Source: Trypethelium eluteriae
Taxonomy: Eukaryota
Direction of reading: 5' to 3'
NCBI GenBank assembly: GCA_051942245.1
Contig: JAVECL010000008.1
Location: 62,001 to 126,000 of the forward strand
DNA length: 64,000 bases
A model generated the notes under the pieces. That model ran no database searches and was not told the origin of the DNA. It saw only the letters and a program-made list of their open reading frames with translations. Positions within the stretch are counted from its first letter, which is position 1, and every line of letters starts with the position of its first letter. Of the stretch, positions 21,980-35,400 are shown piece by piece. The position numbers and the translations under genes are program-made.

Positions 21980-23941
21980 TCAGTAGGATACCAATCGACG
22001 TGCGTGACCTCTACGTGAGTCCAAAGGAGAATCACCAATCGTGGCCAATGACGTATCCGAGGCCATGCCAAGAGATCCGAGAGTTGGAATACTGAAACGG
22101 CTTGAGTGAATCGGGCTTTCCTCCATGTGGTTGGGTTGTTCGCCAAAAGCGAACGTTTGAGCGCGCCCGAGCTTCATTCTCTGTTGGCGGACTTTGCTCA
22201 TGCCTCGTTCGCAGGCATCTTCATGTCCCTTATCATCCATGCCGACGTATTGTTGTGGGTAGCAACGCGTGGGGTGGACCTCGAAGAAAGAGCTATAGCC
22301 TCCATCCAAGATATAAACTTCGGGGTAGCTGAGCTTGGGATAACGGAAGTCGTTGACGCGGCGATCACGATGACGAAGGTACTTGGCCCTGTGATGCTAA
22401 TTAGATGACACTTTCTCCTGCTGCTAATTTGATGTTGACTTACATGCGAGGGGCACGATGCTTGGAGTATTCGCAGTGAAGAACCAGCAATGTCGAGGAG
22501 AGTGATGGGGTTTGAAAAAGTTCGTCGGCCAAAAGATCTTTGTCGTTGTAGTTCAAGGCTTCGGCAATATGCCCGCCCGTGTATTCGTACTCGAAGCGGC
22601 AGTCGATCACCATGGTCTTGTCAAAAAGGTGATTGAATTCTCCATCGAGTACGGAAGCCATTGTTTCCTTACTGATGCGGGGAATGCCATCGGGTTCATC
22701 TTCAGGGACAAAGCTCGGAAGCTTTGGGGTGTAAACCTCATCAACGTCCATGGCAGACTGATGACTGGAGGGAGACACATAGTTGTCCTTCTTCTCATCA
22801 AGCACGTCTCTGGGGTGTTCGTACATACTGAGAGATCTTCGAAATTGTTTCCTAGGTCTGGCGATAGGAGGTGCGGCTTGCTTTCGGATGTGACCAGTCA
22901 GTGGCGAACCGCTTGCCCGACTTGATAGCGATGGTTGTCTTGCACGATGTGTATGCGGTATTAAGGACTCTTCGAAGCTCTTCCGATCGGCAATAGGCGA
23001 TTGTGTAAAGCATTCTGATAGAGTGGGGAGAGATGGTTGTTTGTGGGCAGTACCAATAAGTCCACTACCAAATTTGAAAGGCGGCGCAAGATTCTCAACC
23101 GCGTTTGTTTTCAAGGACACGGCATTGGTTGAAAAGCCCTTGGTGCGTGCGAGCGAGGGTCGTAGGTTGAGATTTTTCTTGCGTCTTGACGTGTCGTGTA
23201 AGTGACAAGATAGTACCTGGTGCTTGGCGTGTGTAGACTTACTCTGACGGAGCCAATGGCTTAGGGACCTCTGGCTTGGGTGGTAGCTCTGCCTCGCATG
23301 GCGAGAGCATGTCCTCATCCGTGGGGGTGGCCTCAGGACTTGGTGAAGCAACGGCAACCTCGGTGATAAGAGAGAAGGGAGCTTTATGTGGCAGAGGCGA
23401 GATGTCCATCGACTCGGGTGCAAGAACAGGGGAGGAGGATTGGATGGGTGGTGTGGTGGCACCTTCCAAGTGAATGGGAGGTGTGTTGAGGTCGTCTATA
23501 TCTCGAAAGGTAAGTGCTTTGCCCAGAGTAGTGACATCCTGAGTTTGCCTTCTGCTCTTACCTTGACCATTAACTAGCTCAATTGCTGTCGTATTGAAGA
23601 GCGATCGACGGGGAGTTGGGAGCTGGGGACTGCTGGGAAGTGTAAGCTATCTCGGACGTGGCCGAGGAATGTGGAGTGAGGCTCTCATACCTTTGATCAA
23701 TGTGCATGGTGCAACTCAAGTCTGCGGCCAAGGAGCTTGTCGGCGAGGAGCCCCGGACAGGCTTGAGGGAGAAATAGTCGTGATTTGACTTCTTCATGCT
23801 AAGATCCCTAAAATTGAAGGCATTGGCACCGAACGCGGCAGAGCTTCCACAAAACAAGGGCCTTGAGGGCAGATCTCGTCGGTGACCCCACGGGGGGATG
23901 CACTGAGGTTGGATTGCTGCACAGGGCGAAGACCACTCCAT
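21980..23941 (-). CDS. MIH1: M-phase inducer phosphatase (Cdc25/Mih1/NimT)
   Basis: Rhodanese-type catalytic domain VIDCRFEYEYTGGHI, HCEYSKHRAP (HCx5R), YPEVYILDGGYSSFF. N-terminal VRGSSPTSSLAADLS and SPQLPTPRRSLF. Four canonical introns restore one reading frame. Confidence 0.95.
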
Positions 23942-26581
23942 GGCTGGTCAGAAAGCTAATTCTGCAGCCTCAAAGCAGTGGTGGAGCGGGCAGAAGGGGG
24001 ATTCGCTGTAGTCGAACGAATTCCCGAAGATAGGAGAGCACTCAAAGTCCCGTTGTAATCCTATTGAGGGTAGGATATACCAATTCGGAGCAATAGAGGA
24101 GGACGAGGACCCAGAAAGGTGCACATACGTAGGACGACGAGCTGCTAAGCAAGAGCTTGATGTCGTGGTGATGAGACCGTTGGTGGTTGAGATTCCTTCC
24201 TGAAGCAAAAGCGTCTTGAGTAGCACAGCAGTCGCCGACCAGACCTCCACCGATGGCTACAAGCAAGAGCAGTGCTTCCCAAGCTTGACAAGAGGAGGAG
24301 CAGAGCGGTTGAAGAAGGTTGCTCGGTGGAGGTGCTGGATAGCTTCGTCGTTGTTCGAGCAACCCTGCCGTGGATGCAGAGGGGTGAGCCTTGCTGAAGC
24401 TGCAGAGGGCTCGGTTGTCGGTGCGCGACCAAGCTAGTCCTTCCGTCTCACACGCGGAATCACAAACTGCCAAGCTTGCCAGGCCACTCAGGCCTGCAGT
24501 TGATGTCTGGAATTTGACTGGCCCTTCTTTTCGATGTTATGCGCTGCGGTGGGGAATTGCTGAACCTGCAGCGGCTACGATGGAAAATCAGTGGCGATCT
24601 CTGCCGGCATCCATACCCACTCACGCCACTCACCAGTTCCTATTCGATATCTACATTTTGGAAAGGGCATTTGGTGGATTACAATATCTCATTTGCACGT
24701 TTTCTCCTCAGGAACAATCTGTATCCGGCAGAGATGCTCTTCCACAAACATCTGATCAACGTGCATCAACCTGGACCTCCTACTAGTTACATCTCGCTTC
24801 CCGCTACTAAGCGGGTTTTCCTAATCCATCACGGCTCCAATTCAGAGAAAGCCTGACTAGACCCTACAAAACAGCAGTGCCTTGGAACCAGTGTTAGAAG
24901 AGACGCACAGCAGGCACGTCGTCGGTGTTGCATTAATCCATCGCGGATTGATCGGCAGAAGGGGACCCATGTCGTCAGTGGCTATGGCAACGATAAGGTC
25001 GTACGCGGTACTTGAGATGATAGGACTCACGAAAACATGAATCTGATGGTACTGAAAACGGACAATGCCGGATTCCCAAGGTCGAATGCTAGACTTGCCA
25101 TTCGTCAATCTCCTCTCGCCAAAAGTCTCGCTTCAATGGAGCTTACCCCAGCAGTTTGAGGCTGATGGAAGAAGGAACCATTGCTGCCAACTCTAAAAGT
25201 TCGAAGCGCCCCGCAAGCAATGGACGTGGAACGGTCCGTGAACCAAATGCCAGCACTTGCAGCCCAGCGAACCGTCTTTTACGCCTCGCGGTGACATATA
25301 CTAATCAATGCTAGTACAAGGATCCTCCTCGCAACTCCCCTCTCAAAATCCTGCTCTAAATCGAGATCTTTTGCATTCATCGACCGATCCACCCGCTACA
25401 AACGTCATTCTGGATCGAGAATTAAAATACTTCACGAAGACGGTGCGTTGAAAGGAAATTTCCATTTCCAAGTTTTGCGTCTCGTCCAGCTTCGACTTCG
25501 GCCAAGTTATTTGCTAAACGAGGCCTGACCGGTGAGCCTCGTTGTTATCACCTCCAAGCACTAGGCACACCACTTCCTGCAAACTCCGCACCCCTCTATG
25601 AGGGGCTGTGTGATGAGCTGACTGACGGGCACCAAGCATGGGGACGAGACGGCGGAGAGACCGGCAGCCCTATGCATAAGCGCAATCTGATCCACGGGAA
25701 CAAAGAGAGGCCAATGGGAGCCTATTTTCTTCCATGGTGCTTACTGGACGGCGTTTCGCCTTTGTTTTGCAAGGGCTGCGGTGGCGCCCACTAAAATCGG
25801 GTGACTGTTGGCTGAAAATTCTTCCCGAGGTGGAGGGTGATAGGGATGTTGTCTGGAGGACGTGAACGCGTTGAGGATAAACAATGCGGGATGATGCGAC
25901 AGCACGTGACTAGGGTAGCCACTTCGGGCTCACCTGACGGAAATGCCGACTCTTGGCGCTGCCGTTTCTACCTGAGGTAAGCGGGCGCGTGGGCGTGGCA
26001 GTACTGTACCTTGAAGAGGCATCTCTCGGCTACCTCTGCACAAATTTTCTTCACCCAGTTCAAAGATAACTCCATAATCATGAAATACATTGATATCGCC
26101 CTCATAACCATCTTCGATGTCGCATGTCTTGCAAGCTTGGGCCATGACCCGAACGGCTTCGAAGACTGAATAAAACTCGTCCTACCAACGTCTTCTTGAC
26201 CGGGCTAGTCTCCAGAGTCATGAGTCTTGTAGTGGATTTTAGGATGCATGGTGTGATACCTCGAAGCCTGATGCTTTTGTGATTGCGAGCGTCAATGTCA
26301 GGTGCGATTGCCTTGTGAAGGTGGGTGATATCTCGTTGAGGACTTGTTTGGTTTTGGCGTTTACTATTGAACACCTCGTGCTGCGCTACACACCAAGGAT
26401 TTCAGCAGCCCTCTTTAAAAAATTTCATGAGTCGATGCATCGACTTGGTGACTGATTTTCCAGTTGGACTCGAAAGCCAAACTCTGCCCTCAATCTGAGT
26501 AAATGTAAGCAGAGAAAGCTACGCGATACTCAATCTCGACCTCCTGCCTTACCTTAACTACACGATCCAACCTCAGAAGCA

Positions 26582-27505
26582 ATGTGGAATCCGAGACTCC
26601 AGCGTCCGTTGGTTTCAGGAGGAGAGATTGCGCGACCCCGGCTGGACCGAATGCCGATGGACATTCTATTCGTGCTTATGGATTATCTGACCCCCGTCTC
26701 TTTCCGTACACTGCGAGCTGCATGGCGACCATTTTGTTGTCTCGCACCCGCATCGAAGAAGCCTCTCCCAGCAGCTTCATTAGAGGAATATCACCGATTG
26801 CTCCAGCGAGATGAGTTCTACAAAGCTTATAATCAGGAACGAGAAGCAGGGGATCATACCGACAGGCTTGCTAAACTCGCATGCAACTACTGTGTGAGAG
26901 CACATCCCAGGACTGAGTTCTCCCCGCTTGACATTATCATTCAGTCGCCCGGATCGCGAGGTTGCCATTTGTCCAAGGGTCTTCTACTAAGTTGCGAGCA
27001 TCACTCGTTTACCTTTCAACAGATTAAAAACCTCGTCTACCAGGTGAATTCAGTGGCAGGTTCGATTTGCGGACACTGTGGCGCTTCAATGCTTATGTCA
27101 CACAACCCGGAAGACTTCTATCTTGTCAGTGAATTCTCTCTCGGTCAGTTGCGTCGGTCCGAGCAGCCAGTCTCTATCAGGATCATAGAAGCTCTGTCTC
27201 GTTTCAAGAACCCCATTTGTCCTCATAGGCGGGTTTGTGACGTCAATTTCGTCTGCTCCGATCTCTACTCTCCGCCTACGGGATTCTCGTTCTCAAAGGA
27301 CCGCGGCCATCAGCCTTGCTCAACGTGCGAGCTGAACGACTTGATCGTCAGTCTGGATCGGATCCAGAGCCCGGACGCCACCCCTTGGGTTGATACGTTG
27401 GTGCTCCGTGTCCACAAAAGACTGAAGTTACAATGTGCCGAAAATATGCGAAACGAATGGGCTCGGTTTGTGAGGGCGATAGTCGAACCTCCCCCACTGC
27501 TGTGA
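26582..27505 (+). CDS. F-box-like domain protein with Cys/His-rich C-terminal part
   Basis: LDRMPMDILFVLMDYLTPVSFRTLRAAWR is F-box-like, followed by LACNYCVRAHP..FS, CEHH, CGHC, ICPH and CSTC; 307 aa. Confidence 0.7.
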   Translation: MWNPRLQRPLVSGGEIARPRLDRMPMDILFVLMDYLTPVSFRTLRAAWRPFCCLAPASKKPLPAASLEEYHRLLQRDEFYKAYNQEREAGDHTDRLAKLACNYCVRAHPRTEFSPLDIIIQSPGSRGCHLSKGLLLSCEHHSFTFQQIKNLVYQVNSVAGSICGHCGASMLMSHNPEDFYLVSEFSLGQLRRSEQPVSIRIIEALSRFKNPICPHRRVCDVNFVCSDLYSPPTGFSFSKDRGHQPCSTCELNDLIVSLDRIQSPDATPWVDTLVLRVHKRLKLQCAENMRNEWARFVRAIVEPPPLL

Positions 27506-27842
27506 AAGGCTTTGCAGAAACTCGGTATCAATGGCAATCCTTCTCAACAGGAGGTTTCCAATGAAAATAGAAAATTCTGGAAAGAAAAGAAGATTTCCTT
27601 ATCTTTCTGCTTTCCACTGCGTACACTCATCGTACTCGCCCCTTCGAGTCGGCTCTAGGCATTGTGCGTGGCCCTCTTTCACGTACGAATATAAAGTGCA
27701 TTTCATTACGATAACCGGCGATCCACGCAGCGTGGGAGATATAGTAGGCTGCGTCCTAAGACGGATGCGTCTCCTGTAAACGAAATTGTTGAAGGCTCTT
27801 GATTCGATGGGTTGATTACCGAATCATGCGTTTTATGGAGCA

Positions 27843-28901
27843 TTACGAGACGTTTTCGCTTATGATGGCAGCGGGCTCTCCGATGCCTTCTACCTCATCG
27901 TCACTGAAATACATCCGAAACCACTTCTTCAGTCCTTCCACTCTTTCCGCTTCCGTCTTACATATTCTCAAATTCTCCTTGCTCCCCCCAACCCTCCTCT
28001 CGAAAGCTTCACCGTCCAACGTCACTGTCCCTACTAACTTATGTCCTTCCCGTAAAAAAAGTGCGCAGCCCAATCGCTGAGTGAACCACGATTTGGGATG
28101 GGTGGCGACATACCAATTCATTATCTCATAATCGCTGCTTTGGAAGTCCAAATAGCGGGTGAAAGAGTACGCAGGCAGCCAGCGACCCTCTTTCCTCCCT
28201 TTGACTCTCGTCTCATAGACCCGCAGTTCTTCCTTCTGATCTACACCCTCCTGCTCCTGGTCGTTCTCTTCCACTCCCACTCCAAACTTCCTGACCCTAC
28301 ACTCCATCTCCCCAATTCCTCCGACCATATGCGGCGCTCCGCTCTCCTCATCATAATCCACGCGAATTGGCTCCAGCAATCCCTCCGCCCCAAACCCCAC
28401 ATCTACCAACCACCACTCCTTCTCTCCCTCATCTCCAACCGACCTTTCATCTCCATCTCCACTCACGGGGAGCCCCACCAAATTGACCATATGACTCCAT
28501 CCACTCCACCCGCTAGCGCCATCTCCGGTGAGCCTTCGATTTACCCTCCCTCCCCTCTGTCTTACCTCAAACCCAAGTCCCCGCAACACAGATGCGAAGA
28601 ACGCATTCTGCTCTACGCAGTACCCTCCCCTCCCCTTCTGCACGAAATTCACATAGAGTGACTCCGGGTCAAGAGGCGGCACCCGATTGTGCGTATAGGG
28701 AGGGACGGGCGTGCGAGGGTGGGAAGAGTAGTGGAGTTTGGTGTTTTCGAAAGGCACACGGGCGAGGTGGTGGGTGATCAGGAGGGATAGCAGGTGAAGG
28801 GAGGGAGGAGGCAGCGGGGAGGAGAGCGAAAGGGAAATATGGTTGAAGTAGGTAGTTAATTGGTCAGGAGTGTAAGGGGAATCGGGGTGGTTGTGGGTCA
28901 T
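27843..28901 (-). CDS. Arylamine N-acetyltransferase
   Basis: HLARVPFEN, RGGYCVEQN (catalytic Cys), WSHMVNLV (His), WLVDVGFG (Asp). Confidence 0.93.
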   Translation of the reverse strand: MTHNHPDSPYTPDQLTTYFNHISLSLSSPLPPPSLHLLSLLITHHLARVPFENTKLHYSSHPRTPVPPYTHNRVPPLDPESLYVNFVQKGRGGYCVEQNAFFASVLRGLGFEVRQRGGRVNRRLTGDGASGWSGWSHMVNLVGLPVSGDGDERSVGDEGEKEWWLVDVGFGAEGLLEPIRVDYDEESGAPHMVGGIGEMECRVRKFGVGVEENDQEQEGVDQKEELRVYETRVKGRKEGRWLPAYSFTRYLDFQSSDYEIMNWYVATHPKSWFTQRLGCALFLREGHKLVGTVTLDGEAFERRVGGSKENLRICKTEAERVEGLKKWFRMYFSDDEVEGIGEPAAIISENVS

Positions 28902-29527
28902 GGCGGCTTAAGGCGAAGTAGAGAAGGATGTGAAGTCGTGCATGGATAGGAAGGTTATATTGTTTGAGAAGCGGAACGGAGGAAGTGAAGGTAACGTTTG
29001 CTCAATTTTTACACACAAATTAGTAAGGTAATTAGTAAAGACACGAAGAAGAAAAGGATTAAAAATGGGATGAGATGGTGGAAAAGGGATGATGTCATTG
29101 TAATGGCGTCAGAAGCGAGCTATTCCCAATACAACTATACACTGAGCTTACTCCCATTTATGATGATCCTGTAAGTCTGCAACTGCATGTATCTTAGTAA
29201 GTAGTTAGGTACGTAAGGTTGATATCATGAGTTTGTTGAAGAGCCGAGACGTGAAAGGTTAATCTTCGGCCAAGACCGACTTGATCGAGGCTGCGTCACC
29301 CACACTGCTTCCAAGAGCTTGTCTGTCGAATCCATCTCTATAAAGTGTTTGGCATGCTGTTCAGTCACTTCAGTATGTACGATTATACCCTCATTTGATG
29401 CTGTTATCACCGTGCCGTGACGCTCACAAAGCCTTTTCCTTTGCCACAACGCCAATTCTGATTCATGCTTCGTGTATTCAATGCGAGACAATACGCCGGT
29501 TCTCATGCCATCAAGGTCGTTCAGCGT

Positions 29528-32065
29528 CTAGATACGCCTGAAAAAGTACACATACGCAAACTTCTTCATCGCCTCCACATCAGTCGCTTGAGCGACCTTC
29601 TCGTCGTTAAAAAGGACCCAGACCGGCTCTGTCGTGCCTGGTAGCGGCTTACGGATAAAAGAAACGTAGTGGCTAACGGAATTAGTCAGGTTAAATCCAG
29701 CTCAAAATCCTTCAGAAGACCTACCCAGCATGAATCGAAGCGCCCTTGTGGCAAACTATGGACTGTAGTTGGAAGTTGGCTGGTAAGTCGGAACTACCAG
29801 GTATTTGCTTCTCGCCCTGCGGAGCTGCAGGAGCATCCTAGAGATCAACATTAGCATCCACTCCTGGACGTCCCACCATTAGGGTCCTTCGTCGCAGTCA
29901 GGGAGACTTACATTCTCTGCACCTGCGCCTCCGAAATCTCCTTGAGCATCTGGATGGCTAAACACCCACTCCACCGCTCTCTCGACATCGCCACCAGTCT
30001 CCTTCAAAGCCTGTCGTGCCTGTGGGATGCTGAAGCCCATGCTTTCTAGCATAGCCATTTTCTCCGGATCATCTACAGCAGCGCCTGCCGCACTACCTTC
30101 CCCACCACCTCCCAGATCCACAGGCACGTCAATATCTGGGTCCTCCATATGTTGGAACAGCCAGTTTGCAGCAGCCTCCGCGTCCGCGTTGCCAGTAGCA
30201 TGGAGCGCCTTCTCGCAGCGCACACGTGGGAAGCCCATACCCTCGAGCATCATTAGAGCCTCGGCATTCGGGACGAATCTGGATGCCTCGCCAGAGGCTC
30301 CTGCGTCGGTATCTTCGGGTAAGAGTTCCTCATGGGGTTGCTGACCGGGAGACTTGTAGGCATCGAAGTTGATGGGATCGTCGCCGACTACCACGGGAAC
30401 ATCGAGTTTGGTGGGAACCCAATTGACGAGCTCGAAGCGACGGGCATTGACAGCGAGGACGCGAGGAAAGGTCTTGAAGAGTGACTGTTTGGTGAAACCA
30501 TCTTTGGAGCCGCAGGCTGCGCAGGTAAGTTCGACGGTTTCGGGAGCAGTGAAGTCGTCCAGGCAGCGCTTGAGAGGCACCGCCTCAAACTCCTCCTTTT
30601 CCTCGTCCTTTTTGTCATCGGACGAGGTGTCCATTCTCGAAGGATCCTTGGGAAGTCGATTGATAGGAACTGCGATAGAGATGTTCTCTTGTTCATCCGT
30701 TCGGTAACGAACTTTTTTGCAGCTGAGGCACTGCAGCTTCTGCTCCATGACGAAGCGGAAAACGGAAACGGGGTCTTCCAGAGGCGCAGTATGTTGTGAT
30801 CGGGTGATAAGTTTGAGGAGATGCAGAAGTAACTCAAAAGAATCTTGCTGACGCATAGTGCTGAATTCTGAATGGCCTCTGCCGATGAGATGCTTTAGCA
30901 TAGCCGGTGCAAGACCTTTTTGATAGGGAACCTCAGGATTGTCCTCGGAGGTGATGACATCTGAGTCTGGCTTGGCATAACGCCCGGAGACAAGACCATC
31001 TGCTACCTTGCGTAATTGCGTCTCTAGATCTTCGGCTGGTGTCAAAGTTGATGGCGGCTCTTGGTCTGGACGATAGTAGCGCTCGACAAATTCCGGCATT
31101 GAGAAGAGGGACTGTACAATGCTGGCCAGATAACAGCTATTCCCTAAGTTCTTGAGGCCGGTGAAGCCTTCCCCGAACACGGGCTTTGCCTCCTTGCCAT
31201 CCTGATCTACCATTGAGAACTCCCACCTTAAGTTTTGTTCGATTTGCATCTCCGTGAGGCTTTTTTCGGTCTTTTGCCTGTCTGCAATGTTGATTCCCCA
31301 GTGTGCAAGATGTGCGACCAATTCTGTGTCGAGCCTTTCCTCGTTACAAGCATAACAGTAGATATCCGCAGTACCATCAGCTGTGAGAGATCCAAGTTTC
31401 ACTGCAACCGGATGTTGCGTCTGGTCGAAATGCGCTAACCCGTGACTCCTTCCTCCAACGCCTCCGTATTGCTCTCTTCCACAGCCTAGATTGCCACACA
31501 TGAGACATAACCACAGGTTCTCCTTAAGGTCACACATGGAGCATTGCCCTAAATCTTGACTTGGTATTTGCCTGGCAGGCTCTTGTTGCAAAGTCAAGTT
31601 GTGTTCACAGGGCACCAACTCTTGCTCCCATGCCTTGACCTCTTCTTGTCGAGCGAACGTATTGGCCTTCAGAACGCTGTCCAGGACTTCTGGTAGCTTT
31701 CCTTGGGTCTTGTCAACATCTTCCGCCCCGCACTTGTAGCATTTTACTTGAGTGACAGTATCGTATCGATCCGCCTCGGTCTCTGCGGCTATAGCAAGCT
31801 TGGATATTTTCTGTGGCGGTTCATCCTTCTTGACCTTCTTACGCGTCCGTTTGATGTTGAGTACCAGAGGATGCGATGAGCGTTTGAAGTGTAGGAGGGA
31901 ATGTTGACGATCTCCAGTACAGGCCCCATTGAAACAGAAGAGACAGACGTCCAGACCAGTAGGATCGTCTATCGAGTCGAAGCATTGTGTACAATCCTCG
32001 CGATAGACGGACTGATTTGGTCCTGGAAGACGCAGTTCCGGAGCGGAAATATGCTGGCAAGTCAT
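29528..32065 (-). CDS. UBP14: Ubiquitin C-terminal hydrolase 14 (isopeptidase T/USP5 orthologue)
   Basis: Two ZnF-UBP-type regions, Cys box GLKNLGNSCY, QQDSFE and two UBA domains (MGFP, MGFS). After two 3' introns (first donor at 29911) the His box CHKGASIHAG|HYV..FNDEKV..YVYFFRRI* ends at 29528. Confidence 0.96.
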
Positions 32066-32444
32066 GATGAACCCTTATAGTGAGAGTAGCCGCTCAGAAG
32101 GTCAAGGATTATCTTGCTTGGTAATATGCCCAAGAACCTTACCTATGGAGGGTTGGTTGTTGCAGGTGCACAGAAGAAAGTTGTTGCTGATTTTTAGGCA
32201 CGCGCTGTGTGGAAAGCAGACGTGGGGCAAAAACACCAATTCACGTCATACCTTGACCTTGACTTAGTTAGGTATCTAATCCGTAAGGGGAACTACCCAC
32301 TAAATCCGAAAAGGCAACATCAATCCTGACTGATATGGTGCTCTCGCTTAACACATTGCCGGATACGACCACCAGATTCCAGGAGAATTCCAAGCAATGG
32401 CATGAGAGTAAAAATCGAACGACACATTCGAGTGGGGTATCTAA

Positions 32445-35400
32445 CTATCTAGCTTTCCTCATATCATTACACCAGCCCAGCCAGTTCTGAAAGAAGCTAA
32501 ATTGAATCTCTAGTTTCGGATCCATCAACCATCGCTTCTGCAGTCCCGAGAACATATCCTGCGCACGACCAAGAGCCTGCCGACCGTTCTCATTCTTCGA
32601 GCTCTGCTCCATGTGGGTAACGACCTTTACAAGGAACAGGCTTGATCGACTACATGCATTCTGGTATAGCTTGGCGTTTTTGCGACTGACTCTCTCGAGC
32701 AGCGTCTGAAGTGTTGTCCAAACACTTTCCAAGTCTTCGGGGTGAGGGAGGCCTTCTTTCTTTTTTCCACAAAGCTCAATGTACTGCTTGAGTAGGTTAA
32801 AGGCCTTCTCCGCAAGCTGTTTGCTCGTACTCTCCAAGATGAGCTGGAGAAGCGGGAGTATCAAGTCAAGGGCAAGGACGTTGGAGTATTCCTGCTTGAC
32901 ATAAATCGTGAGCAGGTCCAAAATTCTGTTCTTGAAGTTGATCATCATCTCCTTGGCGTCTTTATTATCACGTTTCTTGCTGCTAGCTTTCTTGCGCTCT
33001 TGAAAGACTTTGGTAAGATGGGGCTCCAAAGCCATCATCTCGTCATCATCCATGCTCTCGTCATCTGTAGCCTCTTCTTCCGCAGTCGATCGCCCTGTCT
33101 TAAGAATCTCTCCAAGAGAAGCATCAAGCCTTTGCAGTTCTTCCTCGTTATCGTTATCAGTAGCATCGCTCATGGCATCTCCGCTCTCTGAATCTTGAGC
33201 TGAACCATTCGATGCACCGTCTTCTTCGGCCGAGATTGCCCCGTCTACCTCTTCAACGTCAGAGTCGTCAAGCCCTTCAATTACCCCGTCACTTCCGTCA
33301 TCTCCGTCCTGATCAAACAGTGCGTTCTGCCCAGCACTATTCTCTCGTTGAGCGAGAACATCAAGCATTGATTGTAGGGCACTCGGCGTCAGCTTGGGTG
33401 CGACAACTGTGAACACCTGCTCTGCTAGCTTTCGTGATAAAGCTGATTGCTTTGAAACCATACCAAGAAGAACCTCAATCAACAAATCGAATGCTTCTTT
33501 CACATTTTCGTTGCCATCAATCGTCGCCTTGTAGGCTGTATCAATCTCTTCAAGCATAGAGACAGCATCGGGTTCTCCATTGTAGACCTGAAGAATAGTC
33601 ATAGTGTATAGGCAAAGAAACGCGTTGGTAACGGGCGACTGGAATAAAATGAGCATACTGCAACCACCAGAAAGCCAAATTATTTCCGACTTACTCGGGT
33701 ACTTCCAACGTCGCCGGAATTTTTGTTGTGGTCCATCCTAACCACGGTAGAGATCGCTCGCTGCAGGGTTTCTTGAACTCCCTCGTCAGATTTTAGAAGG
33801 ACACTATATTCTTTGCGGTCTTTCATTTTCTCGAGAGAAGTGATGATGGTAGAGCAGACCTCGGACGCCTGGGATTCTGAAGATATCATGTGGTTGATGC
33901 AAGACATCAGTCGAGAGCGAAAGATCTCCCGGGTCGCTGCTGAAATCGGAATTTCGGGACTTGGTTCCCAATAGAAATAGGAGAATTTTAGCAGTATCTG
34001 AAGTAGATGCTTTGGCCACTCCTCCTTGAGGTCAACACTTCGGCTGCGTGTCAGTGTAAGCAGCATATCCGCGAGCATGCGCCGATGTGATTCCACATCT
34101 GCTGCTTCAAGTTTCCAAATGCCAGGGGTCAAGACGGCGGAATCGATCGATCCCAAAAGGTCTAACAGAAACCGCCCATGAGTTCCATTTATGATATTGT
34201 TGATGGTCTTCGTCCTAGTCAGGTGGTCAAAATTGACAGTTCCTGAAGAAGAGATCAAAGCTTCAACAAACGATCTCGCTGCTTCTGGCTGTGCTCGCAC
34301 GCGGCCTTTGATCTTGTCAAGTGGAATCTTCGCTGCTTCATGTAGAAGTCTTTCAGAATCGCTCCGTTGGTTCACAATGCATCTCATGACATTTGAAGAG
34401 AATACCGAGGGAATGGCCCACAAAGGACAACCGTTAATTACAGAGCCTAGCAGTTGAAGTCCAAGACTCTTGCGCTCTGGGGACGCGCTTTCAGCGAATA
34501 ATATATCTAAACAAAGTCAGCAATACCACCAGGAAACTTGGAAGGTCGGGCTACCGTCGACCATCTCTTTCCAGAAGGATTTAAATCTCTTTTCCCGTTT
34601 GGCATCTTTGTTTGATAGCTTATAATCTAGCCGGTTGATAAAGCTGAAGATCAGGACATTCCAGGCAAAGCTGAGTCGAGTCTGATTGCCGCCAGAGTAT
34701 CGCTTCTTGTCCCCATCTGCGCCTGGAAGCTCGTCCCCGGCACCTCGTTTTAGAATTCGAACTAATCTAGGCTTTTCACGCTTGTCGAGTGGATCTTTGT
34801 TAGCCCAGCAATCCTCCGGATAGGAGATCTCCTTGCCATTTGCTGACACGGTCAGCCATAAAGCCACTCCTTCCGGCGTGTGTTCGAGTTTTTGCTCCGC
34901 CAGGACTGAGAGGATGTCGTCAATATAGCCGTTCATCTGTCCCTTTTTGGCAAGAAATGGTATGCAATTATTGATCATTGAGCAATACTCTTCCTTTAAC
35001 CAAGGCAGAGTCTTGACTTGCGACAACATTTTCCGAAGCATTGTCGTCCATAGTGCCGTTGAGCCTTTCGCTTCAAAGACGAACTTTGATTCAATCATTG
35101 CCTGGTATGTAAGCACACGACCTAGAGCATAGTCACGTTTCTCCTGACGGAAATAAGCAATTGGCACTCCTGTCTTTTCCAGGATTTCGGGTGGAATGCT
35201 TACTTGAGACGGGGCTTTGCCCTCTGCAGTCGTCGCCTCGTCTACGTATCGTAGTACAAGCGGTCCAAGCTCATCATCTGCTGATTCTTCTGGCAATCGC
35301 AGTGTTTCCAAACGGAGGTATTCCGTGAATGCTAGGAAGAAGCCCGATCTAGCAGCTTTCCTGCTGCTGCAAAGACCGCGAACAAGTCGCCTCAATACCT

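Noticed and set aside
25930..26374. Two short minus-strand ORFs upstream of cdc25
   Set aside because: No family motif or convincing splice model.
32222..32233. GTGGGGCAAAA upstream of UBP14, resembling the Rpn4 PACE element
   Set aside because: Mismatch to GGTGGCAAA and a single copy; insufficient.
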